Below, piece after piece: positions 8,652 through 18,451 of a stretch of DNA of 64,000 nt. The number at the start of each line of letters is the position of its first letter. Position 1 is the first letter of the stretch. The notes below the pieces were generated by a model that was not told the DNA's origin, did no database searches, and was given only the letters and a program-made list of their open reading frames with translations. This DNA is from an uncultured Candidatus Binatia bacterium. GTDB lineage: Bacteria > Desulfobacterota > Binatia > UBA9968 > JAJDTQ01. Both the position numbers and the translations under genes were made by a program. The DNA lies in NCBI GenBank assembly GCA_965215605.1, contig OZ244070.1, positions 1,664,001 to 1,728,000 of the forward strand. The letters are read 5' to 3'.

Positions 8652-9920
8652 ATGAGCCACCTTACCGGCCTCGCTTGCATCCGATGCGGCGCGTCTTTCG
8701 GCATCGAGCCCCGCTTCGACGGATGCCCGGAATGCCGGCGGGAGGCCCCCGCCAACCTCACGCCCCGGTACGACCTGGATGCCGCCGCCCGGGAACTCTC
8801 CGTCGGGTCGCTTCGGGACCGGCCCACCGGCATGCGGCGCTACCGGGAGTTGCTGCCCCCGGATGTCCAGGATGCCGCCTCCCTGGGCGAAGGGGAGACG
8901 CCGCTGCTCCACTGTGAACGCTACGGGCGCCGGCTCGGGCTCGAGCGGCTCTACCTGAAAGACGAATCGCAGAATCCATCCGGCTCCTTCAAGGACCGCC
9001 TGGCGTTCACCGCCCTGGCCATGGCCAAGCGGTTCGGTGCCAAGGCCGTGGGGGTCAGCTCCACCGGCAACGCCGGCGCCGCGGCCGCGGCCTACGCCGC
9101 CCGTATCGGGCTGCCCTGCATCGTCCTCACCGTCCAGGGCGCCGCCTCCGCCATCGTCACCCAGATGCGGGCCTACGGCGCCATGGTGATGGCCACCCGC
9201 ACCAAGGCCGACCGCTGGAAGCTCCTGCAGACCGGGGTGGCCGAGTGGGGCTGGTACCCGACCTCGCCCTACTTCGGGCCGCCGGTAGGCAGCAACCCCT
9301 ACGGCGTGGACGGCTACAAGACCCTGGCCTACGAGACCTGCGAGCAGATGGACTGGGAGCCGCCCGACTGGTGCGTGCTGCCGGTGGCATACGGCGACGC
9401 CCTGTTCGGCATGTGGAAGGGCTTCGACGAACTTGCCGCCCTGGGGTTGATCCCCAGGAAGCCGCGCATGGTGGCGGCGGAGATGGCCGGCTGCCTGAGT
9501 ACCGCGCTCGCCTCCGGCGAGGACGCCATCCCGGAGATCGCCGCGCCAACGCCCTACGTCGCCGGCTCCATCAGTGTAAACCAAAGCACCTATCAGGCGC
9601 TGCATGCGCTGCGCGCCTCCGGCGGGACGGCACGGGTGGCAAGCAACGATGAATTGCTGGGCCTGCAACGGGATCTTGCGGCGGACGAAGGCATCTATGC
9701 CGAGCCGTCGTCGCTGGCCGCCCTTGCCGCGGTGGGCCGCCTGTGCGAAGAAGGCCGCATCAGCCGGAGTGACACGGTGGTGGTCGTCAACACCGCCAGC
9801 GGCCTCAAGGACACCGCCGCCACCGCGGGAGCCGCGCCTGAGATCCCCACCGTGGGCGGCGACATCGCGCGATTCCTGGAGGCCCTGGAGGAAGCCTACG
9901 GCTTTCGCGCGGAGGCATGA
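8652..9920 (+). CDS. Threonine synthase-like PLP enzyme (fold II)
   Basis: N-terminal CxxC..CxxC, NPSGSFKDR (PLP Lys), SSTGNAG, EPSS, TASGLK. Confidence 0.85.
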   Translation: MSHLTGLACIRCGASFGIEPRFDGCPECRREAPANLTPRYDLDAAARELSVGSLRDRPTGMRRYRELLPPDVQDAASLGEGETPLLHCERYGRRLGLERLYLKDESQNPSGSFKDRLAFTALAMAKRFGAKAVGVSSTGNAGAAAAAYAARIGLPCIVLTVQGAASAIVTQMRAYGAMVMATRTKADRWKLLQTGVAEWGWYPTSPYFGPPVGSNPYGVDGYKTLAYETCEQMDWEPPDWCVLPVAYGDALFGMWKGFDELAALGLIPRKPRMVAAEMAGCLSTALASGEDAIPEIAAPTPYVAGSISVNQSTYQALHALRASGGTARVASNDELLGLQRDLAADEGIYAEPSSLAALAAVGRLCEEGRISRSDTVVVVNTASGLKDTAATAGAAPEIPTVGGDIARFLEALEEAYGFRAEA

Positions 9921-9981
9921 AGCCGTCATGAAACACATCCGTCATTGCCGCATCCCCCTTTGTCATTCCTGCAACCCCTCG

Positions 9982-10006
9982 GTCATTCCCGCGAAAGCGG
10001 GAATCC
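9982..10006 (+). repeat. GTCATTCCCGCGAAAGCGGGAATCC palindromic repeat
   Basis: Identical copy at 30372; related copies at 11067, 19976 and 42103; preceded by partial GTCATT units about 20 nt apart. Confidence 0.85.
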
Positions 10007-10034
10007 GGGGGCGGGGCGGAGGGCCTGACCACTC

Positions 10035-11039
10035 ATGAAATTCAGCATCCAGCTCCCCACCTGTACCGAAGGCTTGGTCAACCCCGTGCCGTTCGTAGAA
10101 CCGGCAGCGTTCGTCCACATGGCGCAGGAGGCCGAGCGGCTGGGCTACGACGCCGTCTGGGGCAACGACCACGTCACCCCGGCGGCCTACGCGCGGCAGA
10201 AATGGCCGGAGCCGCCCAACTTCTACGAAGTGTTGGTGACCCTGGCCACGGTGGGCGCCCGCACCACCCGCATCCGGCTGGGCACGGCCGTGCTGGTGAT
10301 GCCGCTGCGGGACCCGGTGCTGCTGGCCAAGCAGGTGAGCACCCTGGACCGGTTCACCGGCGGCCGGGTGATCCTGGGCACCGGCATCGGCGCCTACCGG
10401 GAGGAGTTCGACGCCCAGTGGCCGAGGCGGAAGGCGGAGCGCCGCGGCGACCTGCTGGACGAGAGCCTGGCGGCGCTGCAATGCCTGTTTCGGGACGCCG
10501 ACGCCAGCTACGAGGGGCGCCATATCGCCTTCCGGAACATCGCCATGCGCCCCAAGCCGCTACAGGACCCGCTTCCCATCTTCGTGGGCGGGCACAACGA
10601 AGCCATGATCCAACGCGCGGCCCGCCTCGGCCAGGGATGGCTCCCGGGCTGGCGGCCTTTCGAGCAGATCGTGGAACGCGTGGCGCTGCTGCGGCGGCTC
10701 ACGGAGGAGGCCGGACGGCATCCCCGGGCAGTCGAGGCGTGTTCTCAATTCACTCTCTGCATCGGCAAGACCGTGGAGGAGGCGCGCGCCCGCTACCGTA
10801 GCACCGGCATGGTCCAGCACCGGGTATCCCTGGCGCACACCGGCCGGGATCCGGCCCTGGCCGAGAACAACAACCTCATCGGCAGCCCGGCCAGCATCCT
10901 GGAGCAGGTGGCGTTCCTGGAAAAGGGCGGCATCGACCACGTATGCGCGTTGCAGTTCCCCTCGGATACCGGCACGGAGATGCTGGAGCAGATCCAATGG
11001 CTGGCCGAGGAGGTCATGAAGCCGTTCAACGGCGCGTAG
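10035..11039 (+). CDS. LLM-class flavin/F420-dependent oxidoreductase
   Basis: AERLGYDAVWGNDH, RLGTAVLVMPLRDPVLLAKQ, GRVILGTGIG. Confidence 0.9.
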   Translation: MKFSIQLPTCTEGLVNPVPFVEPAAFVHMAQEAERLGYDAVWGNDHVTPAAYARQKWPEPPNFYEVLVTLATVGARTTRIRLGTAVLVMPLRDPVLLAKQVSTLDRFTGGRVILGTGIGAYREEFDAQWPRRKAERRGDLLDESLAALQCLFRDADASYEGRHIAFRNIAMRPKPLQDPLPIFVGGHNEAMIQRAARLGQGWLPGWRPFEQIVERVALLRRLTEEAGRHPRAVEACSQFTLCIGKTVEEARARYRSTGMVQHRVSLAHTGRDPALAENNNLIGSPASILEQVAFLEKGGIDHVCALQFPSDTGTEMLEQIQWLAEEVMKPFNGA

Positions 11040-11066
11040 GGGCTACAACCGACACCACAACGAATC

Positions 11067-11115
11067 GTCATTCCCGCAAACGCATGTCCCTGACTCCGAT
11101 CGGGGGCGGGAATCC
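11067..11115 (+). repeat. Extended GTCATTCCC..GGGAATCC repeat with internal hairpin
   Basis: GTCATTCCCGC..CTCCGATCGGGGGCGGGAATCC; matches the copy at 42103 in reverse. Confidence 0.8.
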
Positions 11116-11138
11116 AGGGTGGGGAGGGGAAGAATTTC

Positions 11139-12101
11139 ATGACACAGGCAAGAACCGCCATAGGCTACCTGCTGCCCACGCGTGAAGTGGTGATGGCGCA
11201 GGCGACGCCCGATTGCAGCCGCATCGTCCAACTGGCGGAGCGCGCCGAGGCACTGGGCTTCGACTCCGTCTGGGTGGGGGACAGCATTCTCGCCCGGCCG
11301 CGCCTGGAACCGCTGACCACGCTGGCCGCCGCGGCGTCGCGCACCAACCGGGTGAAGCTGGGGACCGCGGTGCTGCTCCCGGCCCTGCGCCACCCCGTGG
11401 TGCTCGCCAACGAGGCGGCCAACCTCGATCTCCTGTGCAACGGCCGGCTGATCCTGGGAATCGGCATCGCCGGCAACAACAACAGCGTCGAGCGGGAGTT
11501 CACCGCCTGCGGCGTCGACTTCCGGCGACGCATCGGCGTCTTCGAGGAAGGCGTCACCCTGATGCGGCGGTTGTGGACGGAACCGGAAGTGACCTTCCAC
11601 GGACGCCACTTCCGGCTCGACGGCGTCCGCCTGGGTCTTCGGCCGGCCCAGGCTTCGGGCATACCGCTCTGGCTCGCCGGCGGCGTGGACAACGCGCTGC
11701 GCCGGGTGCTGCGGCTGGGGGACGGCTGGTTCCCGCTGCCCAAGTCTCCGGAGCAGTTCGGCCGCCATTGGCAGCGGCTCGAAGAGCTGGGACAGGAGAT
11801 GGGGCAGAACGCCGGCCGGCTCGCCCGGGCCGTCTACGTCTCCGTCAACCTGAACGACGATGCTGCCCAAGCCGAGCGGGAGATGCGCGCGTTCATGGAA
11901 GGCTATTACAACGTACCCTACGAAACCATGACGGCCGTGCAACCGCCGTACAACGGCCCCGCGGCCGGCTGCATCGAATGGCTGCAGGCGTTCGTCGAGC
12001 AGGGTGCCGGGACCATCGTGGTGCGTTTCGGCGCGCCGGACCAGCCGCTCCAGCAGGAACGCTTCGCCGCCGACGTGCTGCCGGCGTTGCGCGCGGGGTA
12101 G
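11139..12101 (+). CDS. LLM-class flavin-dependent oxidoreductase
   Basis: AEALGFDSVWVGDS, KLGTAVLLPALRHPVVLA. Confidence 0.9.
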   Translation: MTQARTAIGYLLPTREVVMAQATPDCSRIVQLAERAEALGFDSVWVGDSILARPRLEPLTTLAAAASRTNRVKLGTAVLLPALRHPVVLANEAANLDLLCNGRLILGIGIAGNNNSVEREFTACGVDFRRRIGVFEEGVTLMRRLWTEPEVTFHGRHFRLDGVRLGLRPAQASGIPLWLAGGVDNALRRVLRLGDGWFPLPKSPEQFGRHWQRLEELGQEMGQNAGRLARAVYVSVNLNDDAAQAEREMRAFMEGYYNVPYETMTAVQPPYNGPAAGCIEWLQAFVEQGAGTIVVRFGAPDQPLQQERFAADVLPALRAG

Positions 12102-12188
12102 CCGGCCGCCGAACCGCCGGTCCCGCGCGGCTTTCTCCGGAGAAACCGCGGGGAGAGCCGGCTATACCCAGCAAGGAAACACCGAGGA

Positions 12189-13229
12189 ATGAGCGAGATT
12201 CAATTCGACCTGGGCTTCAGCTCGCGGACCGTGGCCTCCTACCCGCTGGCCCGGCGCGTGGCCATCATCAAGAGCGCGGAGGCCCTCGGCTTCGACCGCC
12301 TGTGGCACTCCAACGAGAAGTTCGGCCGCGACATGGTGGCCAACATGACCCTGAGCGCCGCCCACACCGAGCGCATCGGCATCGGCGCCGCGGTCACCGA
12401 CCCCTACAGCGTCCATCCGGCCCTGACCGCTGCGGCCATGGCCACCGTGGACGACATCTCCTCCGGCCGCGTCATCGTGGGCATCGGCGCCGGCGGCTCC
12501 GGCTTCCCCGCCATGGGCGTCCAGCGGGAACGTCCGGTGGCCGCCATGGCCGACGCCATCGCCATCATGCGAGGCATGTGGTCCGGCAAGCCCGCGACGG
12601 TGGACGGCAAGGTGGTGAGCGTGAAGAACGGCGTGCTGGGATTCAAGGCCCGGCCCGACATCCGCATCATCATCGCCAGCCGCGGCCCGGCGGTTTTCCG
12701 CCTGACCGGGCGCGTCGCCGACGGCGCCATGATCGCCACCATGGCCACCCCCGAAGGTGTCGGCACCGCTTGGGACTTCGTCCGGCAGGGCGCGCGACAG
12801 GCCGGCCGCGACCCCGAGGAGATCGAGATCATCTCGAGGGTCGACACCTGCGTGGACCGGGACCGCGACAAGGCCCGGGCCGGAGTCAGGCAGATGATCG
12901 CCTTCCTGTTGTGGAGCAGCTACCCCAACCGGGACTTCGTCACCCAGTTGGGCATGGCGGTCCCCGCCGAACTGGAGGCCATGATCGCCAAGCGGGACTA
13001 CGAGCTCATGTTCGAGGCCGGACCGCTGGTGCCCGAGGAGTTCGTCGACGCCTTCGCCTGGGCCGGCACCCCCGAGGAAGTCGCCGCCAAGATCATCCGC
13101 ATCGCCGAAATGGGCATCCGCCGCTTCGGCACCTGGGTGCTGGCCCCGCCGGGAGGCGGGATCGAGTCGGTGATTCAGTTGATCGCGGAGGAGGTGATGC
13201 CCAGGGTGCGGGCACCTCGCCGTCTTTAA
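12189..13229 (+). CDS. LLM-class oxidoreductase (Mer-like)
   Basis: AEALGFDRLWHSNE, VTDPYSVHPALTA, GRVIVGIGAG. Confidence 0.85.
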   Translation: MSEIQFDLGFSSRTVASYPLARRVAIIKSAEALGFDRLWHSNEKFGRDMVANMTLSAAHTERIGIGAAVTDPYSVHPALTAAAMATVDDISSGRVIVGIGAGGSGFPAMGVQRERPVAAMADAIAIMRGMWSGKPATVDGKVVSVKNGVLGFKARPDIRIIIASRGPAVFRLTGRVADGAMIATMATPEGVGTAWDFVRQGARQAGRDPEEIEIISRVDTCVDRDRDKARAGVRQMIAFLLWSSYPNRDFVTQLGMAVPAELEAMIAKRDYELMFEAGPLVPEEFVDAFAWAGTPEEVAAKIIRIAEMGIRRFGTWVLAPPGGGIESVIQLIAEEVMPRVRAPRRL

Positions 13230-13310
13230 CTGTCCTCTTGACCGTAACCGCGTCGCCAATCTCAGCGTCGGAGTCCGATTAATCCCCTGAATTGGGGATG
13301 CAGGCTGGAA

Positions 13311-13721
13311 CTAAACGGGCAGGGTACCTACCTGGACGCGATGGGCCGCGCGGATGAGTTCCTTGTCCAGCGTAGCCAAGGGCAACCGTCGGCGCGCGGC
13401 AAGCTCGAGATAGGCCGCGTCGTAGGTGGTCAGGCCTTCATTTCGGGCAAGCGTCAATATTTCCCGGAACGCCCGGCCTTCGGTTTCCGTGTCCGTTACG
13501 ATGGGAGAACGATCCAGCAGATCCAGGAAGCCGGCAATCTGGGCATTGGTTATGCGTTTTAGTCGTTCCGCCCTTGCCAGAACATTCCCCAGCTCCAGAC
13601 GCCAGAGCGCGGGTACCAGCGCTACCGAGTCTTTCAGGCGGTCCAGCAGTTCGTCTGTCTGCGACGTGGACTCGTCCTCGAACAGCCAGGCGACGGTGAT
13701 GGAACAGTCCAGCACGAACAT
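13311..13721 (-). CDS. vapC: VapC-family PIN-domain toxin
   Basis: FVLDCS, LTTYDAAYLELA, LATLDKEL. Confidence 0.9.
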   Translation of the reverse strand: MFVLDCSITVAWLFEDESTSQTDELLDRLKDSVALVPALWRLELGNVLARAERLKRITNAQIAGFLDLLDRSPIVTDTETEGRAFREILTLARNEGLTTYDAAYLELAARRRLPLATLDKELIRAAHRVQVGTLPV

Positions 13722-13724
13722 CGT

Positions 13725-13964
13725 TCACCGGCGCCCTTCATCGCGTAGCTTCTTCCAGTCCAGACCTCCGAGCTTCAGACCCGCCCGAAGGCTGCGAATG
13801 CCCTCGATCACGCGTTCCGTCGCCACCCGTTGCGCTTCCCCGGCAGCTACGAGGCGAGCTATCGGAACACCGCGGCGGGTAATGACCACTTCCTCTCCCT
13901 GGGTGACCTTGTCGAGCAGCGACGACAGATGTGTCTTCGCCTCGAACGCTCCGACTTCGATCAT
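13725..13964 (-). CDS. Phd/YefM family antitoxin
   Basis: VGAFEAKTHLSSLLDKV..GEEVVITRRGVPIARL; start set at MIEVG. Confidence 0.9.
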   Translation of the reverse strand: MIEVGAFEAKTHLSSLLDKVTQGEEVVITRRGVPIARLVAAGEAQRVATERVIEGIRSLRAGLKLGGLDWKKLRDEGRR

Positions 13965-13975
13965 GTGCTTGCTCC

Positions 13976-13991
13976 AATCAACTAGTTGATT
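13976..13991. promoter_or_regulatory. Putative TA autoregulatory operator
   Basis: Perfect palindrome AATCAACTAGTTGATT just upstream of the antitoxin start. Confidence 0.65.
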
Positions 13992-14130
13992 AGACCAGTA
14001 TAGTAAAGTGCGGCGACTACGCAACCACGTGGTTGCGGCTCAAGCCATCAACCCCGCGCCCGAGTTCACTCCCACGCGGCCAAGTCAAGCTTGGCGCCGT
14101 GCGGCCATGGCATGGCAGCGGGCGGCCTTC

Positions 14131-15228
14131 TCACAGCCCCGGAAACGCCGCAAGAACCATCTTCACCAGCATCTGCGGTGGTCGGCTCAGCGGGTCGGTG
14201 ACGGGGATGCCAAGTTCGTCCTGGTACGCCGCGATGGCGGCGCTGACATCCGCGTCGGTCATGTTCTCGTGGTTGATGGTGAGGCCGATGACCTTTGTGT
14301 CGGAGAAGGTCTCAATGAGATGGATCTCGTCGGCCGGTTCCGGCATCGGCATGTTTTCGAAGTCGCAACGATGGGCGCGTGCAGGTGCGTGCTGCAGCAC
14401 GACGCCGTCGGGGCAGGCGCCACGGAGGATCAGGGCGGAGGTGGGGTAGGCGGGGTGGCTGAGGGCGCCTTGCCCTTCCACAATGATCACGTTGGGGTTC
14501 TCGGCCTCGAACGCTTCGCGGATGGTCGCTTCCAACTCGCCGGCGCAGAACTGTGAAGGAACGGCGTCGAGGGCCACCCCGTAGCGGGCGCCCTGGATCA
14601 GGCCGGTCTGGCCGGTGCCGATCATCACCGCGTTGATGCCACGGTCATTGAGTGCCCCAGTCAGGACGGTTGCGGTGGTCCGCTTGCCCACGGAGCAATC
14701 GGTGCCGAGGACGACGATGCGGGGGCAGATGACCTCCGCGATGCGGCCGCTGAAGGTCCGTAGGCCCTCCTTGGCAGGCGGCTTGCGGACATCCACGATC
14801 TTCACGTTTCGCGCGGCGCTTGCCGCTACGAACTCCGGGTCGTCGGTCAGGAACTCGTGAAGCCCGTTCACGACGTTCATTCCCAGGTCGATGGCCTCCA
14901 GCAGAATCCCGCGATCGCGGGACGACAACCTGCCGCTCGCGGGAGCCATGCCGAAAATGAAGTAGTCGGGCGTGGCGCCGGCGCGCGCCAGCGCATCGGC
15001 CAGGTCGTGGCAGACGGGAATCCCGTTGGGCGGTTCGTCGAGCACGGCGCCGGCATCGAGACCGGCCTTCCCACTGTCGATGACCGAAAGGATCTTATAG
15101 AGCTCGGAGTGACGAACGAGACCGTTGGCAGTCTTTCCATCAATGCCGCCGAAGTTCCCTTCGCAATAGACGATTGCCGTTGCGACTCCGGCGGGGGATA
15201 GTGCGGTGTCATGTGCGAGCGGTACGAT
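14131..15228 (-). CDS. DUF1611 (DgcN-like) P-loop protein; ATC start or lost start codon
   Basis: GTDCSVGKRTT, GTGQTG, VEGQGALSHP; conserved N-terminus AIVYCEGNFGGIDGKTANGLVRHS is in frame upstream of the first GTG; AAAGGGGA RBS precedes ATC at 15228. Confidence 0.75.
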   Translation of the reverse strand: MVPLAHDTALSPAGVATAIVYCEGNFGGIDGKTANGLVRHSELYKILSVIDSGKAGLDAGAVLDEPPNGIPVCHDLADALARAGATPDYFIFGMAPASGRLSSRDRGILLEAIDLGMNVVNGLHEFLTDDPEFVAASAARNVKIVDVRKPPAKEGLRTFSGRIAEVICPRIVVLGTDCSVGKRTTATVLTGALNDRGINAVMIGTGQTGLIQGARYGVALDAVPSQFCAGELEATIREAFEAENPNVIIVEGQGALSHPAYPTSALILRGACPDGVVLQHAPARAHRCDFENMPMPEPADEIHLIETFSDTKVIGLTINHENMTDADVSAAIAAYQDELGIPVTDPLSRPPQMLVKMVLAAFPGL

Positions 15229-15323
15229 AAGGTCCCCTTTCTACAAGGCTGAAAACAAGGCTTCGGGCGCTTGCCCGGGAGGCCGGCTTCGACTCGCCTG
15301 TGTTCCGTGCCGATGACGGTCGG

Positions 15324-17225
15324 CTATCCGGCAGCCGCGGCGCGGGACTGTGAACGATACCACTCCCACCCGGTCAGGGCCGCGCCCACCGCCAGGCCGA
15401 CGATGTTCCACTGGAGCCACGGCGTGACCATGCCCAGGCTGGCGGCCAGGAAGAGCAGGCGGGTGATGCCATCAAGGTTCCGATAGCAGTAGCCCTGAAC
15501 GGCCATACCCATGGCGATCATGCTCAACACCGCGAAGGCAACGGTTACGGTGACCTCCGCGGCGGTGCCGATGGTGATCAGCGCGGAGTTGGCCACGAAC
15601 GCGTAAGGAAGCACGAAGGCGGGCAGCGCCAGCTTGACGGCTTCGATGGACGTGGGCACCACCGGCGACTGGGCGATGGCCGCGGCGGCGTAGCTCGTGG
15701 GAGCGGTGGGCGGAGTGATGGCCGAGATGGCGCAGAAGAAGATCACGAAGAGGTGCGCCTGGGGCACGATGGCGTCGGCGTCGAGACCCATGTTCCTGAG
15801 CATGACCACCAGGGCCGGGATGGCGATGCCCACCTGCACGATGTAGGCGGACGACAGCGGCAGCCCCATGCCGAGGATGATGGCGGTGATCATGACGAAG
15901 ACCAGGGCAAGCAACAGGTGCCCGCCCGCCAGGTCCACGATGACGCCGGAAAACTTGATGGCGACGCCGGTAAGGTCGAAGATGCCCACCATGATGCCGG
16001 AGGTGATGATCGCCACGGCCACCACGGTGGACTGGATGCCTCCCTGCACGAGAGCATCCCAGATGTCCTTGAGGCCCATGCGTGTCGCCTTGCGGAACCA
16101 GCTTACGATCACGATGCCGACGATGCAGCGCACCACCGCGTAGCCCGGGCTGAATCCGGCCACCAGGAGATAGATCAGGATGATCAGGGGCAGCGCCAGG
16201 TGCCCCCGGTCCATGATGGTCTTCTTGAGGCTCGGCAAGTCCTCCCGCGGCACCGTGGGGATCTTCTCCTTGACCGCGTAGATGTGCACCATGATGCCCA
16301 CGGCGAGGAAGTACAGCACCGCGGGGACCAGGATGTACTGCATCACGTTGACGTAGGGGATGCCGGTGTACTCCGACATCAGAAAACCCGCGGACGCCAT
16401 CACCGGGGGCATGATCAGGCCGCCGGTGGACGCCGAAGCTTCCACCGCCCCGGCCATGTAGTCCTTGAAGCCGATCTTCTTCATCATCGGGATGCTGAAG
16501 GAGCCGGTGATGACGGCGTTGGCCGTGCTGCTGCCCGAGATGGAGCCCATGAGGCCGCTGGACACCACCGCGATCTTGGCCGGGCCGCCCCGGAACCGCC
16601 CGGCCAGGGCGGTGGCGAACTCGATGGTGAACAGGCCGAAGCCCGACTTCTCGAGGAAGGCGCCGAAGACGATGAACAGGAAGATGAAGTTGGCCGAGAT
16701 GTGCGTCGGCAGCCCGAACAGCCCATCGGTGAGGAAGTATTGGTTATCGGCCACCTCCGACGGCGTGTACCCCAAGTGATTGAGGAATCCGGGCAGGTAG
16801 GGCCCCAGGAACGAGAACAGGAAAATGATCAAGGCCAGCGCCGCCAGCGGCCAGCCGACCGCGCGACGGCAGGCCTCGAGGGTCAGCGCCACCGCGCCAA
16901 AAGCCAGGACGAACTGGAACGGAGCGAAATCCTCCGTGTAGCCGATGTGCTGGATGATCCACTCGTACTCGTAGAAGAGATAGCCCATGGTCGTGAGCCA
17001 CAGGCCGATGACCACGACATCGTACCAAGGAAGCTTTCCGTCATCCGGCCGGCGGAACGCCGGGAAGCTCAAGAAGGTAATGCCCATCATCAACGTGACG
17101 TGGATCACGCGATGCAGGAACGCTTCAGGTTGCCCGAAGAAGCCGGTGTAGATGTGGTAGGCCGAGGTTGTGAAAGCCACCAGGGTCAGGATGATCCCGG
17201 CGACCCCTGTCAGGTTGCGCTGCAT
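15324..17225 (-). CDS. TRAP transporter fused permease (4TM/12TM, TAXI type)
   Basis: GGPAKIAVVSSGLMGSISGSSTAN, EASASTGGLIMPPVM, ILGMGLP. Confidence 0.92.
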   Translation of the reverse strand: MQRNLTGVAGIILTLVAFTTSAYHIYTGFFGQPEAFLHRVIHVTLMMGITFLSFPAFRRPDDGKLPWYDVVVIGLWLTTMGYLFYEYEWIIQHIGYTEDFAPFQFVLAFGAVALTLEACRRAVGWPLAALALIIFLFSFLGPYLPGFLNHLGYTPSEVADNQYFLTDGLFGLPTHISANFIFLFIVFGAFLEKSGFGLFTIEFATALAGRFRGGPAKIAVVSSGLMGSISGSSTANAVITGSFSIPMMKKIGFKDYMAGAVEASASTGGLIMPPVMASAGFLMSEYTGIPYVNVMQYILVPAVLYFLAVGIMVHIYAVKEKIPTVPREDLPSLKKTIMDRGHLALPLIILIYLLVAGFSPGYAVVRCIVGIVIVSWFRKATRMGLKDIWDALVQGGIQSTVVAVAIITSGIMVGIFDLTGVAIKFSGVIVDLAGGHLLLALVFVMITAIILGMGLPLSSAYIVQVGIAIPALVVMLRNMGLDADAIVPQAHLFVIFFCAISAITPPTAPTSYAAAAIAQSPVVPTSIEAVKLALPAFVLPYAFVANSALITIGTAAEVTVTVAFAVLSMIAMGMAVQGYCYRNLDGITRLLFLAASLGMVTPWLQWNIVGLAVGAALTGWEWYRSQSRAAAAG

Positions 17226-17319
17226 AGGACCGCTCTCTGCCGTGTGTCCGATGCGGCGCGGACACCCGAACATTCACTCACGTCAGGTCGGTTTCACGTT
17301 GGTTGAAGATGTCGAAGCG

Positions 17320-17354
17320 AAAAAGAGGGCCGGCGTTCTGCGCCGGCCCTCTTT
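17320..17354 (-). terminator. Stem-loop between solute-binding and permease genes
   Basis: AAAGAGGGCCGGCG..CGCCGGCCCTCTTTTT on the minus strand. Confidence 0.6.
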
Positions 17355-17367
17355 GCCTGGGGTCCCT

Positions 17368-18324
17368 CTACTTGAGGATGCCCTTCTCCTTCAGGTACTT
17401 GTCCATGCCGGGGTGCCGCAGCGCGCCCACGTCGTTGGTGGCGTTGGCCACCTTGACGCGTTCGAAGGCTTTCACGGCTCCGGCGAAGTCGCCCAGGTTG
17501 TCGTAGACGGTCTTCGTGAGCTTGTAGACGCGCTCCTCCGGAACGTCCTCGTTCGTAATGATGAGCAGGAAGGTCTGAACGGTGTTCACGTCGTTCTTCT
17601 GATCGTAGTTCTTCTTGTCCAACGTGAAGGGGCCGACGCCGGGATTGGCCGTGTTCATCTTCGCAATGTCCTCCTTGGAGAAGGAGAGAATGCGGATCGG
17701 CGCGTGCGCCGCCAACTGCACGATGGGCGCGTAGTTCTCCTCGCCGGGGCCGAGGTAGGCGTCGATGTGGTTGTCCTTCATCTGGGCCACGGCGTCGTTG
17801 AAGCCGAGATAGTTGACCTTGGAGAAGTCCTCGTACTTGATGCCCAGGGCGCCCAGCATCTGCTGGTTCAGCGCCTGGAACGAGAACCTCTTGGGCATGA
17901 CGTTGACTCGCTTGCCCTTGAGTTGCTCGTAGGACGTGACATCGGATTTCGCCCACACCAGCCAGAACAGGTAGTTGGGGTACAGCACCGCGGCCACCCG
18001 CACCTTCTTGGCCTGCGCCTCCTTCCCCTTGAACATCTTCGCCCCCTTGAGGGCTTCCTGAATGCTCGTTGCGCTGGAGAGGCCGAAACTCAACTTGCCG
18101 GCCATGACGTTCAGCAGGTTGGAGGTGCCGCCGCCGATTTCCACCGTCACCTTGTCGCCGTAGTTCTTGTCGGCCAGCCGCTGCAACACGGTCCCGATGG
18201 GATACCAGGAGCCCCCCGGCTTCGAGGCGCCGAACTTGTAGCTCTCCGCCAGGGCCGCCGGCGCGAGCGTCGCGACAAAGACCGCGATTAACGAAACTAC
18301 CAGAAACCTCTGCAATCGACTCAT
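17368..18324 (-). CDS. TAXI family TRAP solute-binding protein
   Basis: Signal peptide, GGSWYPIG, GGGTSNL, VYKLTKTV, LRHPGM; AAAGGAGA RBS. Confidence 0.9.
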   Translation of the reverse strand: MSRLQRFLVVSLIAVFVATLAPAALAESYKFGASKPGGSWYPIGTVLQRLADKNYGDKVTVEIGGGTSNLLNVMAGKLSFGLSSATSIQEALKGAKMFKGKEAQAKKVRVAAVLYPNYLFWLVWAKSDVTSYEQLKGKRVNVMPKRFSFQALNQQMLGALGIKYEDFSKVNYLGFNDAVAQMKDNHIDAYLGPGEENYAPIVQLAAHAPIRILSFSKEDIAKMNTANPGVGPFTLDKKNYDQKNDVNTVQTFLLIITNEDVPEERVYKLTKTVYDNLGDFAGAVKAFERVKVANATNDVGALRHPGMDKYLKEKGILK

Positions 18325-18451
18325 CGTGTGATCTCCTTTCGCTGCTCCATGCGGCACCCAACGCGCGCAGGTGCCCGGATAGTCAAGGTAGCGAAACTAC
18401 TTGCGCCACACCTAAAAGTCAAGAACGATGGTGCCGGGAAGGATGGCGACC

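Noticed and set aside
9925-10006. GTCATT units about 20 nt apart as a mini-CRISPR
   Set aside because: Repeats too short and degenerate, no cas genes; they belong to the palindromic repeat family
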